NCBI RefSeq assembly: GCF_051097895.1
Contig: NZ_CP142525.1
Coordinates: 570,001-602,000, forward strand
DNA: 32,000 nucleotides
Direction: 5' to 3'
From: Psychrobacter sp. HD31
Lineage (GTDB): Bacteria; Pseudomonadota; Gammaproteobacteria; Pseudomonadales; Moraxellaceae
Shown here: one piece after another, positions 19,661 to 28,483 of the stretch
Position numbering within the stretch: the first letter of the stretch is position 1
Layout of the letters: each line of letters begins with the position of its first letter
The notes under the pieces: model-generated
What the model was told of the DNA's origin: nothing
Seen by the model: only the letters and a program-made list of their open reading frames with translations
Database searches by the model: none
Program-made: the position numbers and the translations under genes

Positions 19661-20533
19661 TTATTGGGCACTCTCTGCTTTTATGTCAGCAATATCTTCT
19701 TCAGTTGCTTTGGTTAAACCATAGCTATCTAATAACTTTTGATATTCGCCAGATTCACGTAACGCATTTAAGTTGTTATTTAAAAGCTCGTAAGTTGCTG
19801 TATCACCTTTACGTACTACGATACCACCAACGATTGGATAAAAGGACTCAGTTGAAGAGATTTTAACTTTTCCTTCCAGTTTTTTAACCGCAGCATTACC
19901 TAATGCAGCATCATCATACTGTGCGTCAACTACACCTGATAATAACGCTTGTGTAGCTTCTGGTGACGTAGGGAACTCACGGATTTCAATTGCTTCTTTA
20001 TTTTCTGCTTTACATTTGTTGTCAGAAATATCTTGCAGCTGCTCTGCTAAGATAGCACCTTTCATTGTGGCGATTGTTTTACCACACAAGTCCATAGCAC
20101 CTTTTGGTTGATACTCTGAATCTGCTTTTACCAGCACAACTTCATCCGTTGTAAAATATGGAATCATATCGTATTTTTTAAGGCGTTCTGCATTAACATA
20201 TAAAGCAGAAATTACCGCTGCATATTTTTCGCTATCAAGACCTGGCATCAAATTAGTAAAGCGCGTATCAACATACTCTGCTTTTGTGCCTGCTTGTTTG
20301 GCAATGGCATTCATTAACTCAACATCAAAACCTGCTGGTGTATCACCATCAAGATACTCATACGGAGGGAAGGTTAAATCAGAACCAATTTTAATCGCCG
20401 TAGTTTCGCTAGTTGCTTCTGCTTTTTCAGTGGTTTCTTGATTACCACATGCAGTTAGAACAAGGGTAGAAGTGGCCATGGCTGCAATTATCATTTTTTT
20501 TGATAATGAGGCTTGGGCAAATAATGATTTCAT
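19661..20533 (-). CDS. Amino-acid ABC transporter substrate-binding lipoprotein (family 3 SBP)
   Basis: The lipoprotein signal is MIIAAMATSTLVLTAC. The SBP_bac_3-like blocks are IKIGSDLTFPPYEY and GFDVELMNAIA. A good SD (aagga) is present. The gene lies 52 nt downstream of the permease/ATPase gene. Confidence 0.85.
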   Translation of the reverse strand: MKSLFAQASLSKKMIIAAMATSTLVLTACGNQETTEKAEATSETTAIKIGSDLTFPPYEYLDGDTPAGFDVELMNAIAKQAGTKAEYVDTRFTNLMPGLDSEKYAAVISALYVNAERLKKYDMIPYFTTDEVVLVKADSEYQPKGAMDLCGKTIATMKGAILAEQLQDISDNKCKAENKEAIEIREFPTSPEATQALLSGVVDAQYDDAALGNAAVKKLEGKVKISSTESFYPIVGGIVVRKGDTATYELLNNNLNALRESGEYQKLLDSYGLTKATEEDIADIKAESAQ

Positions 20534-20585
20534 AGGTTATTTCCTTATGTAAAATAAAAGTTACTTAAAACAAAGTGGCCATTTT

Positions 20586-22100
20586 TTAAAATTGACCAAT
20601 AAACGATTTTAGGCGTTCATCCTGTGTTGCTTTAAGCTCGGCTGGTGAGCCATTAAACTGAATATTGCCATCATCCATAAAGATGATTTTATCAGATACT
20701 TGAAACGCAAAATCCATCTCATGAGTTACGATAACCATCGTAAGCCCTTCTTTTGCTAAACTTTCAATAACTTTTAAAACCTCTGTGACCAATTGAGGAT
20801 CAAGTGCAGAAGTCGGCTCATCAAACAAAATAACAGAAGGTTTCATTGCAAGTGTTCTGGCAATAGCAACACGTTGTTTTTGACCACCAGATAATTGATG
20901 CGGATATTTATTGGCATGTTTAATCATGCCCACTTTATCTAGCATGGCATACGCTGTGGCTTCAATTTGTGCTTTGCTTGCCTGTTTATGATAGCTTGGC
21001 GCAAGCATCACGTTTTCAAGTACGGTTTTATGGGGGAACAAGTTAAAGTTTTGAAACACCATACCAATGTGAACAATCTGCTGGTGAAAGCTGGCTGAAT
21101 CTTTGGTAATCTCTTTATCTTTCAAAAAAGTATCACCTAATAAGCTCACTTTACCAGAATCAATCGACTCTAACCCATTCAATGTGCGAACCAGCGTTGT
21201 CTTGCCTGAGCCAGAAGGTCCAATAATAGAAACCACCTCACCTGATTTAACATCAAAATTAATGTTTTTTAGTACATGGTGTGTGCCATAACTTTTCTCT
21301 ATTTTTTCAACACTAAGTGCCGGTTGATCGACATCCACTGTTTGAATACTTTGTATCAGTGATGGCTGGTTAGCAATCGTCTTTTTATGTTTGGCAATGG
21401 TATTGTCAGCAAGTAAGTCAGGTTTGCGATTTTCAATATCTATTTTACGTTCTAGCAACTTCATTAATTGATCAAAAACAGTCACAATAAACACATAGTA
21501 AAATGCGACCGCTAACAAGGTTTCAATAACCATGAAGTTATTCATGTAAATACGTTGACCAACCAATAATATTTCTGCCAATGAAATAACAGAAACCAAT
21601 GAGGTTAGTTTTACAATGGTAATGTATTCATTACCAAGTGCAGGTAATGAAACACGGATTGCTTGTGGCACAACAATAAGGCGTTGAATACCTGCATAGC
21701 CAATACCTAACGCACGTCCAGCTTCTCGCTGACCACTATTAATAGATAAAAGCCCGCCACGGTGAATCTCTGCAATATAGGCAATTTCGCACAATGTCAT
21801 GCCAATTAAACCTGCCATAAAAGGAGAGGATAGTAATGAACGTGTCGCAGGGAAAACTTGTGGTAGATTATAGATAAGAACCAAAAGTACCAATAAAGGT
21901 AAACTACGGAAAAACCAGATGTATACAGAAGAGATGGCTTTTAATAACTTAGAGTTTGAACGGTTTGCAAGCGCCATAAAAAAACCAAGAACAACCCCCA
22001 ATACCCAAACTAAGATACTGAGTTTGACAACAACCAGTGTTGCTTGCCAAAAATCATTATTTTTTAATAATCCAATGATATACGACCAATCTAAATCCAT
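20586..22100 (-). CDS. Fused amino-acid ABC transporter permease / ATP-binding protein
   Basis: The N-terminal half is a PAAT-type permease with the EAA loop (GQREAGRALGIGYAGIQRLIVVPQAIR), at about 21444..22100. A linker of about 40 aa follows. The NBD (about 20586..21320) has Walker A GPSGSGKTT, the signature LSGGQKQRVAIAR and Walker B ILFDEPTSALD. I prefer the start MDLDWSYI at 22100, which is preceded by aggtg, over the track start at 22151. Confidence 0.85.
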   Translation of the reverse strand: MDLDWSYIIGLLKNNDFWQATLVVVKLSILVWVLGVVLGFFMALANRSNSKLLKAISSVYIWFFRSLPLLVLLVLIYNLPQVFPATRSLLSSPFMAGLIGMTLCEIAYIAEIHRGGLLSINSGQREAGRALGIGYAGIQRLIVVPQAIRVSLPALGNEYITIVKLTSLVSVISLAEILLVGQRIYMNNFMVIETLLAVAFYYVFIVTVFDQLMKLLERKIDIENRKPDLLADNTIAKHKKTIANQPSLIQSIQTVDVDQPALSVEKIEKSYGTHHVLKNINFDVKSGEVVSIIGPSGSGKTTLVRTLNGLESIDSGKVSLLGDTFLKDKEITKDSASFHQQIVHIGMVFQNFNLFPHKTVLENVMLAPSYHKQASKAQIEATAYAMLDKVGMIKHANKYPHQLSGGQKQRVAIARTLAMKPSVILFDEPTSALDPQLVTEVLKVIESLAKEGLTMVIVTHEMDFAFQVSDKIIFMDDGNIQFNGSPAELKATQDERLKSFIGQF

Positions 22101-22273
22101 AACACACCTACAACTTGAATAGCCAGTATACCACCCATAAAACGACGACAAACCTTGCTAAAATATTACAAAATCTTAAATAAGCGGTTACAATACTATG
22201 AATGAATAAACAGGTCAACCAATAAGTAATGACCCTAAGTACGCGTATTACATACGAAACTGCCACTTAACTT

Positions 22274-22290
22274 TAGAATATGATATTCTA
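22274..22290. promoter_or_regulatory. Perfect 17-bp palindrome, a candidate operator, upstream of tyrA-aroA
   Basis: The sequence TAGAATAT-G-ATATTCTA has 8-bp arms and ends 30 nt upstream of the tyrA-aroA ATG. It overlaps -10-like hexamers (TAGAAT, TATGAT). The regulator is unknown. Confidence 0.35.
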
Positions 22291-22320
22291 GTCAAAAATA
22301 ATTTTTGATATAAAAACTCA

Positions 22321-24606
22321 ATGAACACACACACATTTAATAAAGTTTGCATCGTCGGTCTCGGTTTAATTGGTGCAAGCCTTGCACAAGCGATTAAAGA
22401 TAACCAGCTTGCAAAAACGCTTGTTGCCGTTGATAAACACAACCAAAGCTTAATTGATGCCCAACAAGATGGACTCATTCAACAAGGTTCTGACACGCTT
22501 GCAAACGTTATTAAAGACAGTGATTTAATTGTTATTGCAACCCCTGTAAAAATTGCCCATAAGGTATTCATAGATATCAAAAATGCGATTGATGATGGGT
22601 TAATTGATAGCACTTGCGTTATAACCGATGTCGGTAGTACCAAAGCAAGTGTTATTAATGAGGCAAAACAGGTTTTTAATAATCATTTACCTATTGGGTT
22701 TGTACCTGCTCACCCAATTGCAGGGGCAGAAAACTCAGGATACCATGCACGCAATCCTAAGCTTTTTGTTAATCACAATGTTATTTTATGCAAGCTTGAT
22801 AGCACGCATGAGACGGCTTATCAGCAAGTTTATAAACTATGGCAAGATGTGGGTGCAAGTGTCATGGAGATGGATGTTGAACATCATGATAAGGTGCTCG
22901 CCTTTACCAGTCACTTACCACATTTGTTGGCATTTAATTTGGTAGAAAAACTTGCAAAGCACGATGACAACATGGATATCTTTCGCTATGCCGCTGGTGG
23001 ATTTAGAGACTTTACCCGTATAGCTGCAAGTGACCCAACCATGTGGCATGACATTTTTTTAGCAAATAAAAGTGCTATTATTGAGGCACTTGACCAATAC
23101 AGTCAAAATTTACAGTCGTTAAAACAAACGATAATTAACCAAAACTCGACAGAACTTATGGGCATGCTTGGACGAGCTCAAGCCGCACGCAAACACTTTG
23201 GACATATGTTAAATTCAACACCTTATACAGAAGACCCAAAAATGACTCAAAACTACCAAATAGAACCATTAGTCAAAAGTAATAAAATTAACGGTACCGT
23301 AAAAGTACCAGGAGATAAATCTATTTCTCACCGTAGTATCATGTTTGGTAGCCTCGCAACTGGTACCACCAAAGTAAGTGGTTTTTTAGAAGGCGAAGAT
23401 GCAATGGCAACCTTGCAGGCATTTCGTGATATGGGCGTGACCATTGAAGGTCCAAATAATGGCGAAGTCACCATCCATGGCCTTGGTATCAATGGGTTAA
23501 AAGCGAGTCAAACGCCATTGTATATGGGCAACTCGGGCACCAGTATGCGTTTATTGTCTGGTATTTTATCTGCTCAACAATTTGATAGTGTGATGACAGG
23601 TGATGTTAGCCTATCAAAACGCCCAATGGAGCGTGTGGCAAAACCACTACGTGAGATGGGTGCAAAAATACAAACAACGGGCGAAAAGGGCACAGCACCT
23701 ATTTCCATCACAGGTAATCAGGCTTTAAAAGGTATTGATTATGATATGCCAGTTGCTTCTGCTCAAGTAAAATCATGTTTATTACTTGCCTCACTTTGGG
23801 CTAAAGGCACCACAACCATTATAGAGCCAGAAATTTGCCGAGACCATACAGAGCGCATGCTAACGGCATTTGGCTACCCTGTGCAGGTTGAAAAACTTAA
23901 AGACGGTAATAAAATTACAGTAACGGGTGGTGGTGAAATGACTGCCTGTGATATCCAAGTCCCTTCAGATATTTCTTCTGCTGCATTTTTTATGGTGGCA
24001 GCTGCCATTGCAGGCGAGGGTAGTGAGCTTACTTTATCTCAAGTGGGTATGAACCCAACTCGTACTGGCGTGATTGATATCTTAAAACTGATGGGCGCCA
24101 ACATCAGTTTATCAAACGAGACAAAAATTGGGGATGAGCCTGTCGCCGATATCACCATTAAAAGCAGTTCATTACAAGGCATTAATATCCCAGAGCATCT
24201 TGTACCACTGGCAATTGATGAGTTTCCTGTTTTGTTTGTGGCAGCAAGTTGTGCAGTAGGGCAAACTGTATTAACAGGTGCAAAAGAGTTGCGTGTAAAA
24301 GAATCTGACCGCATTGCGGTTATGGCAGATGGACTTACAACCCTTGACATTGACTGCACCGTAACCGATGATGGTATTATTATTGAAGGTAAAGGCACTG
24401 GCAATAATGCTCAACCAATATTTACTGGTGGGTATATTTTATCTCATCATGACCACCGCATTGCAATGAGTTTTACTATTGCAAGCCTACGAGCCAGTGA
24501 CCAAATAACGATAGAAGGGACAGAAACGGTTAATACCAGCTTCCCTAATTTTGCTGAATTAGCCAATAAAATTGGGATGAATATTGTGGAAAATTCTCAA
24601 AAATAA
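22321..24606 (+). CDS. aroA: Bifunctional prephenate dehydrogenase / 3-phosphoshikimate 1-carboxyvinyltransferase (TyrA-AroA fusion)
   Basis: The N-terminal ~300 aa form TyrA, with the Rossmann motif VCIVGLGLIGASLA plus HPIAG and SHLPH. The joint lies around nt 23220..23245, where an internal Met sits at 23242. The C-terminal ~450 aa form EPSP synthase, with VPGDKSISHRS, LYMGNSGTSMRLL, KESDR and HDHRIAM. Confidence 0.92.
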   Translation: MNTHTFNKVCIVGLGLIGASLAQAIKDNQLAKTLVAVDKHNQSLIDAQQDGLIQQGSDTLANVIKDSDLIVIATPVKIAHKVFIDIKNAIDDGLIDSTCVITDVGSTKASVINEAKQVFNNHLPIGFVPAHPIAGAENSGYHARNPKLFVNHNVILCKLDSTHETAYQQVYKLWQDVGASVMEMDVEHHDKVLAFTSHLPHLLAFNLVEKLAKHDDNMDIFRYAAGGFRDFTRIAASDPTMWHDIFLANKSAIIEALDQYSQNLQSLKQTIINQNSTELMGMLGRAQAARKHFGHMLNSTPYTEDPKMTQNYQIEPLVKSNKINGTVKVPGDKSISHRSIMFGSLATGTTKVSGFLEGEDAMATLQAFRDMGVTIEGPNNGEVTIHGLGINGLKASQTPLYMGNSGTSMRLLSGILSAQQFDSVMTGDVSLSKRPMERVAKPLREMGAKIQTTGEKGTAPISITGNQALKGIDYDMPVASAQVKSCLLLASLWAKGTTTIIEPEICRDHTERMLTAFGYPVQVEKLKDGNKITVTGGGEMTACDIQVPSDISSAAFFMVAAAIAGEGSELTLSQVGMNPTRTGVIDILKLMGANISLSNETKIGDEPVADITIKSSSLQGINIPEHLVPLAIDEFPVLFVAASCAVGQTVLTGAKELRVKESDRIAVMADGLTTLDIDCTVTDDGIIIEGKGTGNNAQPIFTGGYILSHHDHRIAMSFTIASLRASDQITIEGTETVNTSFPNFAELANKIGMNIVENSQK

Positions 24607-24632
24607 TTTAGAATATAAATGAATTGAAATTC

Positions 24633-24673
24633 ACACCTGTTAGTTATTAAAACTGGCAGGTGTTTACTTTTTT
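24633..24673 (+). terminator. Intrinsic terminator after tyrA-aroA
   Basis: A 13-bp stem pairs acacctgttagtt with aactggcaggtgt, including two G-U pairs. The tail ttactttttt follows. Confidence 0.7.
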
Positions 24674-24681
24674 GGATACAA

Positions 24682-25626
24682 ATGCAAAACAACCAAAATA
24701 CACCCACCATAAGATTAACCAACTCAGTTGTTGAAACCACCTCTCAAGGTGTTTTAACCGCTTTAGCCGCGTTTATCATTTGGGGTGCTTTCCCACTTTA
24801 TTTTAAGCAACTGGCAGACTACAATGCGGTTGAAATTATTGCCCACCGCATCATTTGGACATTTTTATGCTTATTAATTTTTATTGTCGTCACCAAGCGT
24901 TTTAACTGGATTAAAACATTTAAAAACGAACCAAAATGGTTAATGTTGACCTTTTTATCAGGACTGATTATTACCAGCAATTGGTTAACTTATGTTTGGG
25001 CGGTAAATAATGAGAGGCTACTTGAAGCAAGCCTTGGTTATTTTATGTCACCACTTGTGGGGGTGATGCTATCGTTACTGGTATTGCAAGAAAAACTGCG
25101 TAAACTTCAATGGGTTGCCATTAGTATTGCGACACTTGCTGTATTTAGCCAAATAATCATGCTCGGCAACTTACCTTGGGTATCTTTAGTGCTGTCACTT
25201 AGTTTTGCTGTTTATGGTCTTATGCAACGCAAAACACCCTTAACAGCCGTAGAAGGTTTGTTTATTGAAACCACCTTAGTGGTACCCATTGCCTTACTTT
25301 GGTTAAGCCATGCTAACGTTGCCAGTAGCAACATTAGTTTTTGGTTTGATGATAAAATATGGTTTTTAATGTTAGCGGGTCCCATTACTTTAGTACCTCT
25401 ATTATTATTTAACAAATCAACTAAAATGGTTGCCTTTAGTATTTTAAGTTTTATGAACTATTTAACGCCAAGTTTTGTATTTTTATTGGCAGTGTTTTAT
25501 TATCATGAACCTTTTGATAGCCATCGATTCATGTTATTTAGTATGATTTGGTTAGGCTTACTGCTGTTTAGCATTGATTTATGGCAAAATAGACCAAGTA
25601 AAAAACAAAGATTGAAACAAATTTAA
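24682..25626 (+). CDS. rarD: EamA/DMT-family transporter RarD
   Basis: The 314-aa ORF has about 10 TM helices. The N-terminal block GVLTALAAFIIWGAFPLYFKQL is typical of RarD. Confidence 0.8.
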   Translation: MQNNQNTPTIRLTNSVVETTSQGVLTALAAFIIWGAFPLYFKQLADYNAVEIIAHRIIWTFLCLLIFIVVTKRFNWIKTFKNEPKWLMLTFLSGLIITSNWLTYVWAVNNERLLEASLGYFMSPLVGVMLSLLVLQEKLRKLQWVAISIATLAVFSQIIMLGNLPWVSLVLSLSFAVYGLMQRKTPLTAVEGLFIETTLVVPIALLWLSHANVASSNISFWFDDKIWFLMLAGPITLVPLLLFNKSTKMVAFSILSFMNYLTPSFVFLLAVFYYHEPFDSHRFMLFSMIWLGLLLFSIDLWQNRPSKKQRLKQI

Positions 25627-25638
25627 GGGTTATCTTTA

Positions 25639-26010
25639 ATGATACTACCAACCGAAGAAAACGTCATATTCATTGAAGGATTAACTGTTAAAGCGGTTAT
25701 TGGGCTTTATGAGTGGGAACGACAAATCACACAACCAATTGTTTTTGATATAGCGCTGTATACCAATACCCATCAAGTTGCACAAAGCCATAGCCTTGCT
25801 AAAGGTGTTAACTATAAAGCGGTGTGTGATGACGTAACTGAATGGACACAAGCCATGCAGGCTGAGCTGGTAGAAGAGTTAGCAGAACACCTTGCTAGTC
25901 AGCTTTTAGATAAATACCAAATTAGTAAAGTTAGCATTAAAATAGGCAAACCAATTGCTATTACAGAAGCAAACATGGTTGGTGTGCAAATCACACGTTG
26001 TAAAGAGTAA
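25639..26010 (+). CDS. folB: Dihydroneopterin aldolase
   Basis: The 123-aa ORF shows IFIEGLTVKAVIGLYEWERQITQPIVFDIAL and a C-terminal KIGKP block. folK lies directly downstream. Confidence 0.85.
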   Translation: MILPTEENVIFIEGLTVKAVIGLYEWERQITQPIVFDIALYTNTHQVAQSHSLAKGVNYKAVCDDVTEWTQAMQAELVEELAEHLASQLLDKYQISKVSIKIGKPIAITEANMVGVQITRCKE

Positions 26011-26031
26011 TCAAACAGTAAAGCCATATCC

Positions 26032-26508
26032 ATGCCAAATAGATTTAGCCATTTAGTACTTTTTAACACAGCATTAAACTTAAACGTAACGCATTTGTTG
26101 GTTGCTTTAGGCAGCAATGATGACCCCAAAAAAAATCTAGCAACTGCCATACAACAGCTTAAAGCGTTGGGACACATCCAGTTGTCTGATGATTTTGTAA
26201 ATCCTGACTTTACAGCAACTAAAAGTAACCCAAAGCCTGATTACACCAATCAGTGTGCGATTATAAAGCTAGATATGCCTTCCACACTTCAACAAGTGGT
26301 CAAAACTTTAAAACAAATTGAGTTGGATTGTTTCCGTGATAAAACACTAACTACAAATGATAAGACATCACAAAAAATACGATTAGTCAGCATAGATATA
26401 GATGTACTGGCTATTAAGTCTGTTAATAGTACCCATTGGCAAGCCATTAAAAAAAGATACCCATTTAAAGAACACGAATGGGTGGGTATTAAGCAATTGT
26501 TAAGTTAG
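26032..26508 (+). CDS. folK: 2-amino-4-hydroxy-6-hydroxymethyldihydropteridine diphosphokinase (HPPK), divergent
   Basis: The ORF shows VALGSN, PDYTNQ and IDIDVL (the two Mg-binding Asp), and it follows folB. The loop-3 and C-terminal motifs are poorly conserved, as described in the findings. Confidence 0.65.
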   Translation: MPNRFSHLVLFNTALNLNVTHLLVALGSNDDPKKNLATAIQQLKALGHIQLSDDFVNPDFTATKSNPKPDYTNQCAIIKLDMPSTLQQVVKTLKQIELDCFRDKTLTTNDKTSQKIRLVSIDIDVLAIKSVNSTHWQAIKKRYPFKEHEWVGIKQLLS

Positions 26509-26534
26509 CTAATTACTGAATTGATAGCCAAGTA

Positions 26535-26561
26535 AGCTGGGCATTTTGCCCAGCTATTTTA
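26535..26561 (+). terminator. Intrinsic terminator after folK
   Basis: The sequence agctgggca-ttt-tgcccagct forms a perfect 9-bp stem. The tail atttta follows. Confidence 0.8.
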
Positions 26562-26681
26562 TATTAAGTCTATACTTTTATACTATTTAAATATATTATT
26601 TATTTTAATTTTTTTTCGTATTTGGGTTAATTTGATAATATGCTAGATTAGAAGCCAAGCCTAAGCTTATTACTAAGGTAG

Positions 26682-27056
26682 ATGAAGATGAACATACTGA
26701 CTAAAAAGGATAGACTGAATAAATACAACAATTTAATGAAGTGGAAAAAAAATAGAAATAGAATACCATTTATTGCTTTATTTTTATGTTTCATGTTCTC
26801 GTTTGTTATTGAATCAGATCGTATAGCTATTACTATATTTGCTGTAATAGGAGTGCCTATCAGTTTTGCCTCTCACATTATGTTACTTACTAAAAACACC
26901 TGCCCTTGGTGCAATCAACCATTTTTTTTTCATAAAGTAGAAGAAAATGGAAATAATTGTTTAGAGGATATCAATACTGATAAAGTTCCATTTTTTCTTC
27001 AAAAAAAATGTATAAATTGCGGAAGACCATTTGATGAAGATTTAGATGATTTGTAA
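26682..27056 (+). CDS. Hypothetical small membrane protein with a C-terminal four-cysteine (zinc-ribbon-like) motif
   Basis: The 124-aa ORF has an aagg SD a few nt upstream. Its N-terminus is basic. Two predicted TM helices are present (IPFIALFLCFMFSFVI and IAITIFAVIGVPISFASHIMLL). The cysteine motif is CPWC...(about 37 aa)...CINC. By eye the gene is clearly more AT-rich than its neighbours. Confidence 0.55.
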   Translation: MKMNILTKKDRLNKYNNLMKWKKNRNRIPFIALFLCFMFSFVIESDRIAITIFAVIGVPISFASHIMLLTKNTCPWCNQPFFFHKVEENGNNCLEDINTDKVPFFLQKKCINCGRPFDEDLDDL

Positions 27057-27464
27057 TTTATACAGATTAATAACACACCTTAAGAAGCAGATAAATGGAT
27101 AGTAATTGTTATGCTCAAACAAAAATAACACATTGAATAAAGCCGTTAAATATAAAATCAAACCATAAAATTGCGCATAAGATACTTCATACGAAACAAA
27201 ACCAAAAGTGACTGTATTTAACAAAAAATCGTAATATCACATGCTTTCCACGCAATGGTTATAGAACATCAACTCTTTGTTAGTAAATCATTCTTACTTG
27301 TCTATTGGTGCACTCAGCACACGCCACTACTTAATAGTTACACAATGCTTGAAAAACTTTATATCTCACTATAAACTTCATAAAAGACTTAAAATTCATC
27401 CTTTTTTCAATTATTTTAATCCTAAAAAATTTTACACTCCATAATTAATAAAGAGACCATTTTA

Positions 27465-28472
27465 ATGAAAAAATATAAAACCACTTATGCGCTTAGTATT
27501 GCTGTCACTTCTTTAATGTTGATGTCTTGCCAAAGCTTTCAAGAAGCCGAAAAGGGGCGAACTTATGGCATTCGTCATGATAAAAATTTGATAGAGTACG
27601 AAGCACTGGTTACCGATAAAACCCGTGATTTACCAGACTTTTCTTCGGTTATTTTCTTCGCATATAGCTTAGATGGTACAGATAATGCAGACTTAATCGC
27701 ATCAGGTGTGCTAATTAATGAGCAATGGATTTTAACAGCTGGGCATAACTTTTTTGTTGCAGAAGAACAAGATAAACCTGCACTTGCCTCTGGTGTAAAA
27801 GTATATGTAGGCAATAACCCAAATGAACCAGAAAACATTTATGATGTTTCTAAAATCGTATTTCATCCTACTTGGATAAATGAAGAACAAAGTTATGGCA
27901 ATGCCAATGACTTTAGTTTGGTGAAGTTAAGTAAACCTATCACCAATATCACCCCAGCAACACTTTATACAGACAAAACAGAGCCCCTTGGCAGTATCGT
28001 TTGGCACGCTGGATTTGGCGGTTATTCAGAGGTTTTTGGAGATAATCCAGAGTTAGACTCAAATAAACATGCCATACAAAACACTTTAGACAGGGTTCAG
28101 GATGGCTTAACCACATCCATTAATGGCGTTACTTACAGTGGTGGCTTATTAGCCTTTGATTTTGATAATCCTGAAAGTACAAGCAATACCTTAAATGATG
28201 CCATTGTTAACGAAGAAGAAGCCTTTTTAGGTAAGGGCACAAGCGATGCAACCCCATTAGAATATGAAGGTACAACAGTAACGGGCGACAGTGGGGGACC
28301 CTTATTTGTTAAAAACCCAAAAAATAACCAATGGCAAGTAGCTGGCATATTATCTGGTGGTGCAGAAGCTCCGCTTGATAATCATATTGATGCAGACTAT
28401 GGCGATATCAGTTTTTACACTCGTGTGTCTTCATCTTATGATTGGATTAAATCAGTGATTACGCAGCCTTAA
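27465..28472 (+). CDS. Secreted chymotrypsin-fold (S1 family) serine peptidase lipoprotein
   Basis: The lipobox is LMLMSC (Cys22). The triad motifs are WILTAGH (His94, nt 27744..27746), NDFSLVKL and TGDSGGPLF (Ser276, nt 28290..28292). There is no cysteine other than the lipobox Cys. Confidence 0.8.
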   Translation: MKKYKTTYALSIAVTSLMLMSCQSFQEAEKGRTYGIRHDKNLIEYEALVTDKTRDLPDFSSVIFFAYSLDGTDNADLIASGVLINEQWILTAGHNFFVAEEQDKPALASGVKVYVGNNPNEPENIYDVSKIVFHPTWINEEQSYGNANDFSLVKLSKPITNITPATLYTDKTEPLGSIVWHAGFGGYSEVFGDNPELDSNKHAIQNTLDRVQDGLTTSINGVTYSGGLLAFDFDNPESTSNTLNDAIVNEEEAFLGKGTSDATPLEYEGTTVTGDSGGPLFVKNPKNNQWQVAGILSGGAEAPLDNHIDADYGDISFYTRVSSSYDWIKSVITQP

Positions 28473-28483
28473 ATCTTAACGCA

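Noticed and set aside
20548-20565. A TyrR-box-like sequence, TGTAAA-ataaaa-GTTACT, between the ABC permease/ATPase and SBP genes.
   Set aside because: Only one half-site matches the consensus TGTAAA-N6-TTTACA. The second half has two mismatches. It lies in an intra-operon spacer of AT-rich DNA, so it is likely chance.
22101-22151. A 17-codon N-terminal extension of the ABC permease/ATPase ORF (MSSFYGWYTGYSSCRCV).
   Set aside because: It has no SD. The ATG at 22100 has aggtg upstream. A TGgTATACT extended -10-like element (22125..22133 on the minus strand) lies inside the extension.
27042-27224. A 60-aa hydrophobic minus-strand ORF in the long spacer of the islet, considered as a possible small toxin.
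   Set aside because: It starts at a TTG with no in-frame ATG and has no SD. It overlaps the 3' end of the convergent 124-aa gene. The hydrophobic product is what T-rich DNA yields by chance.
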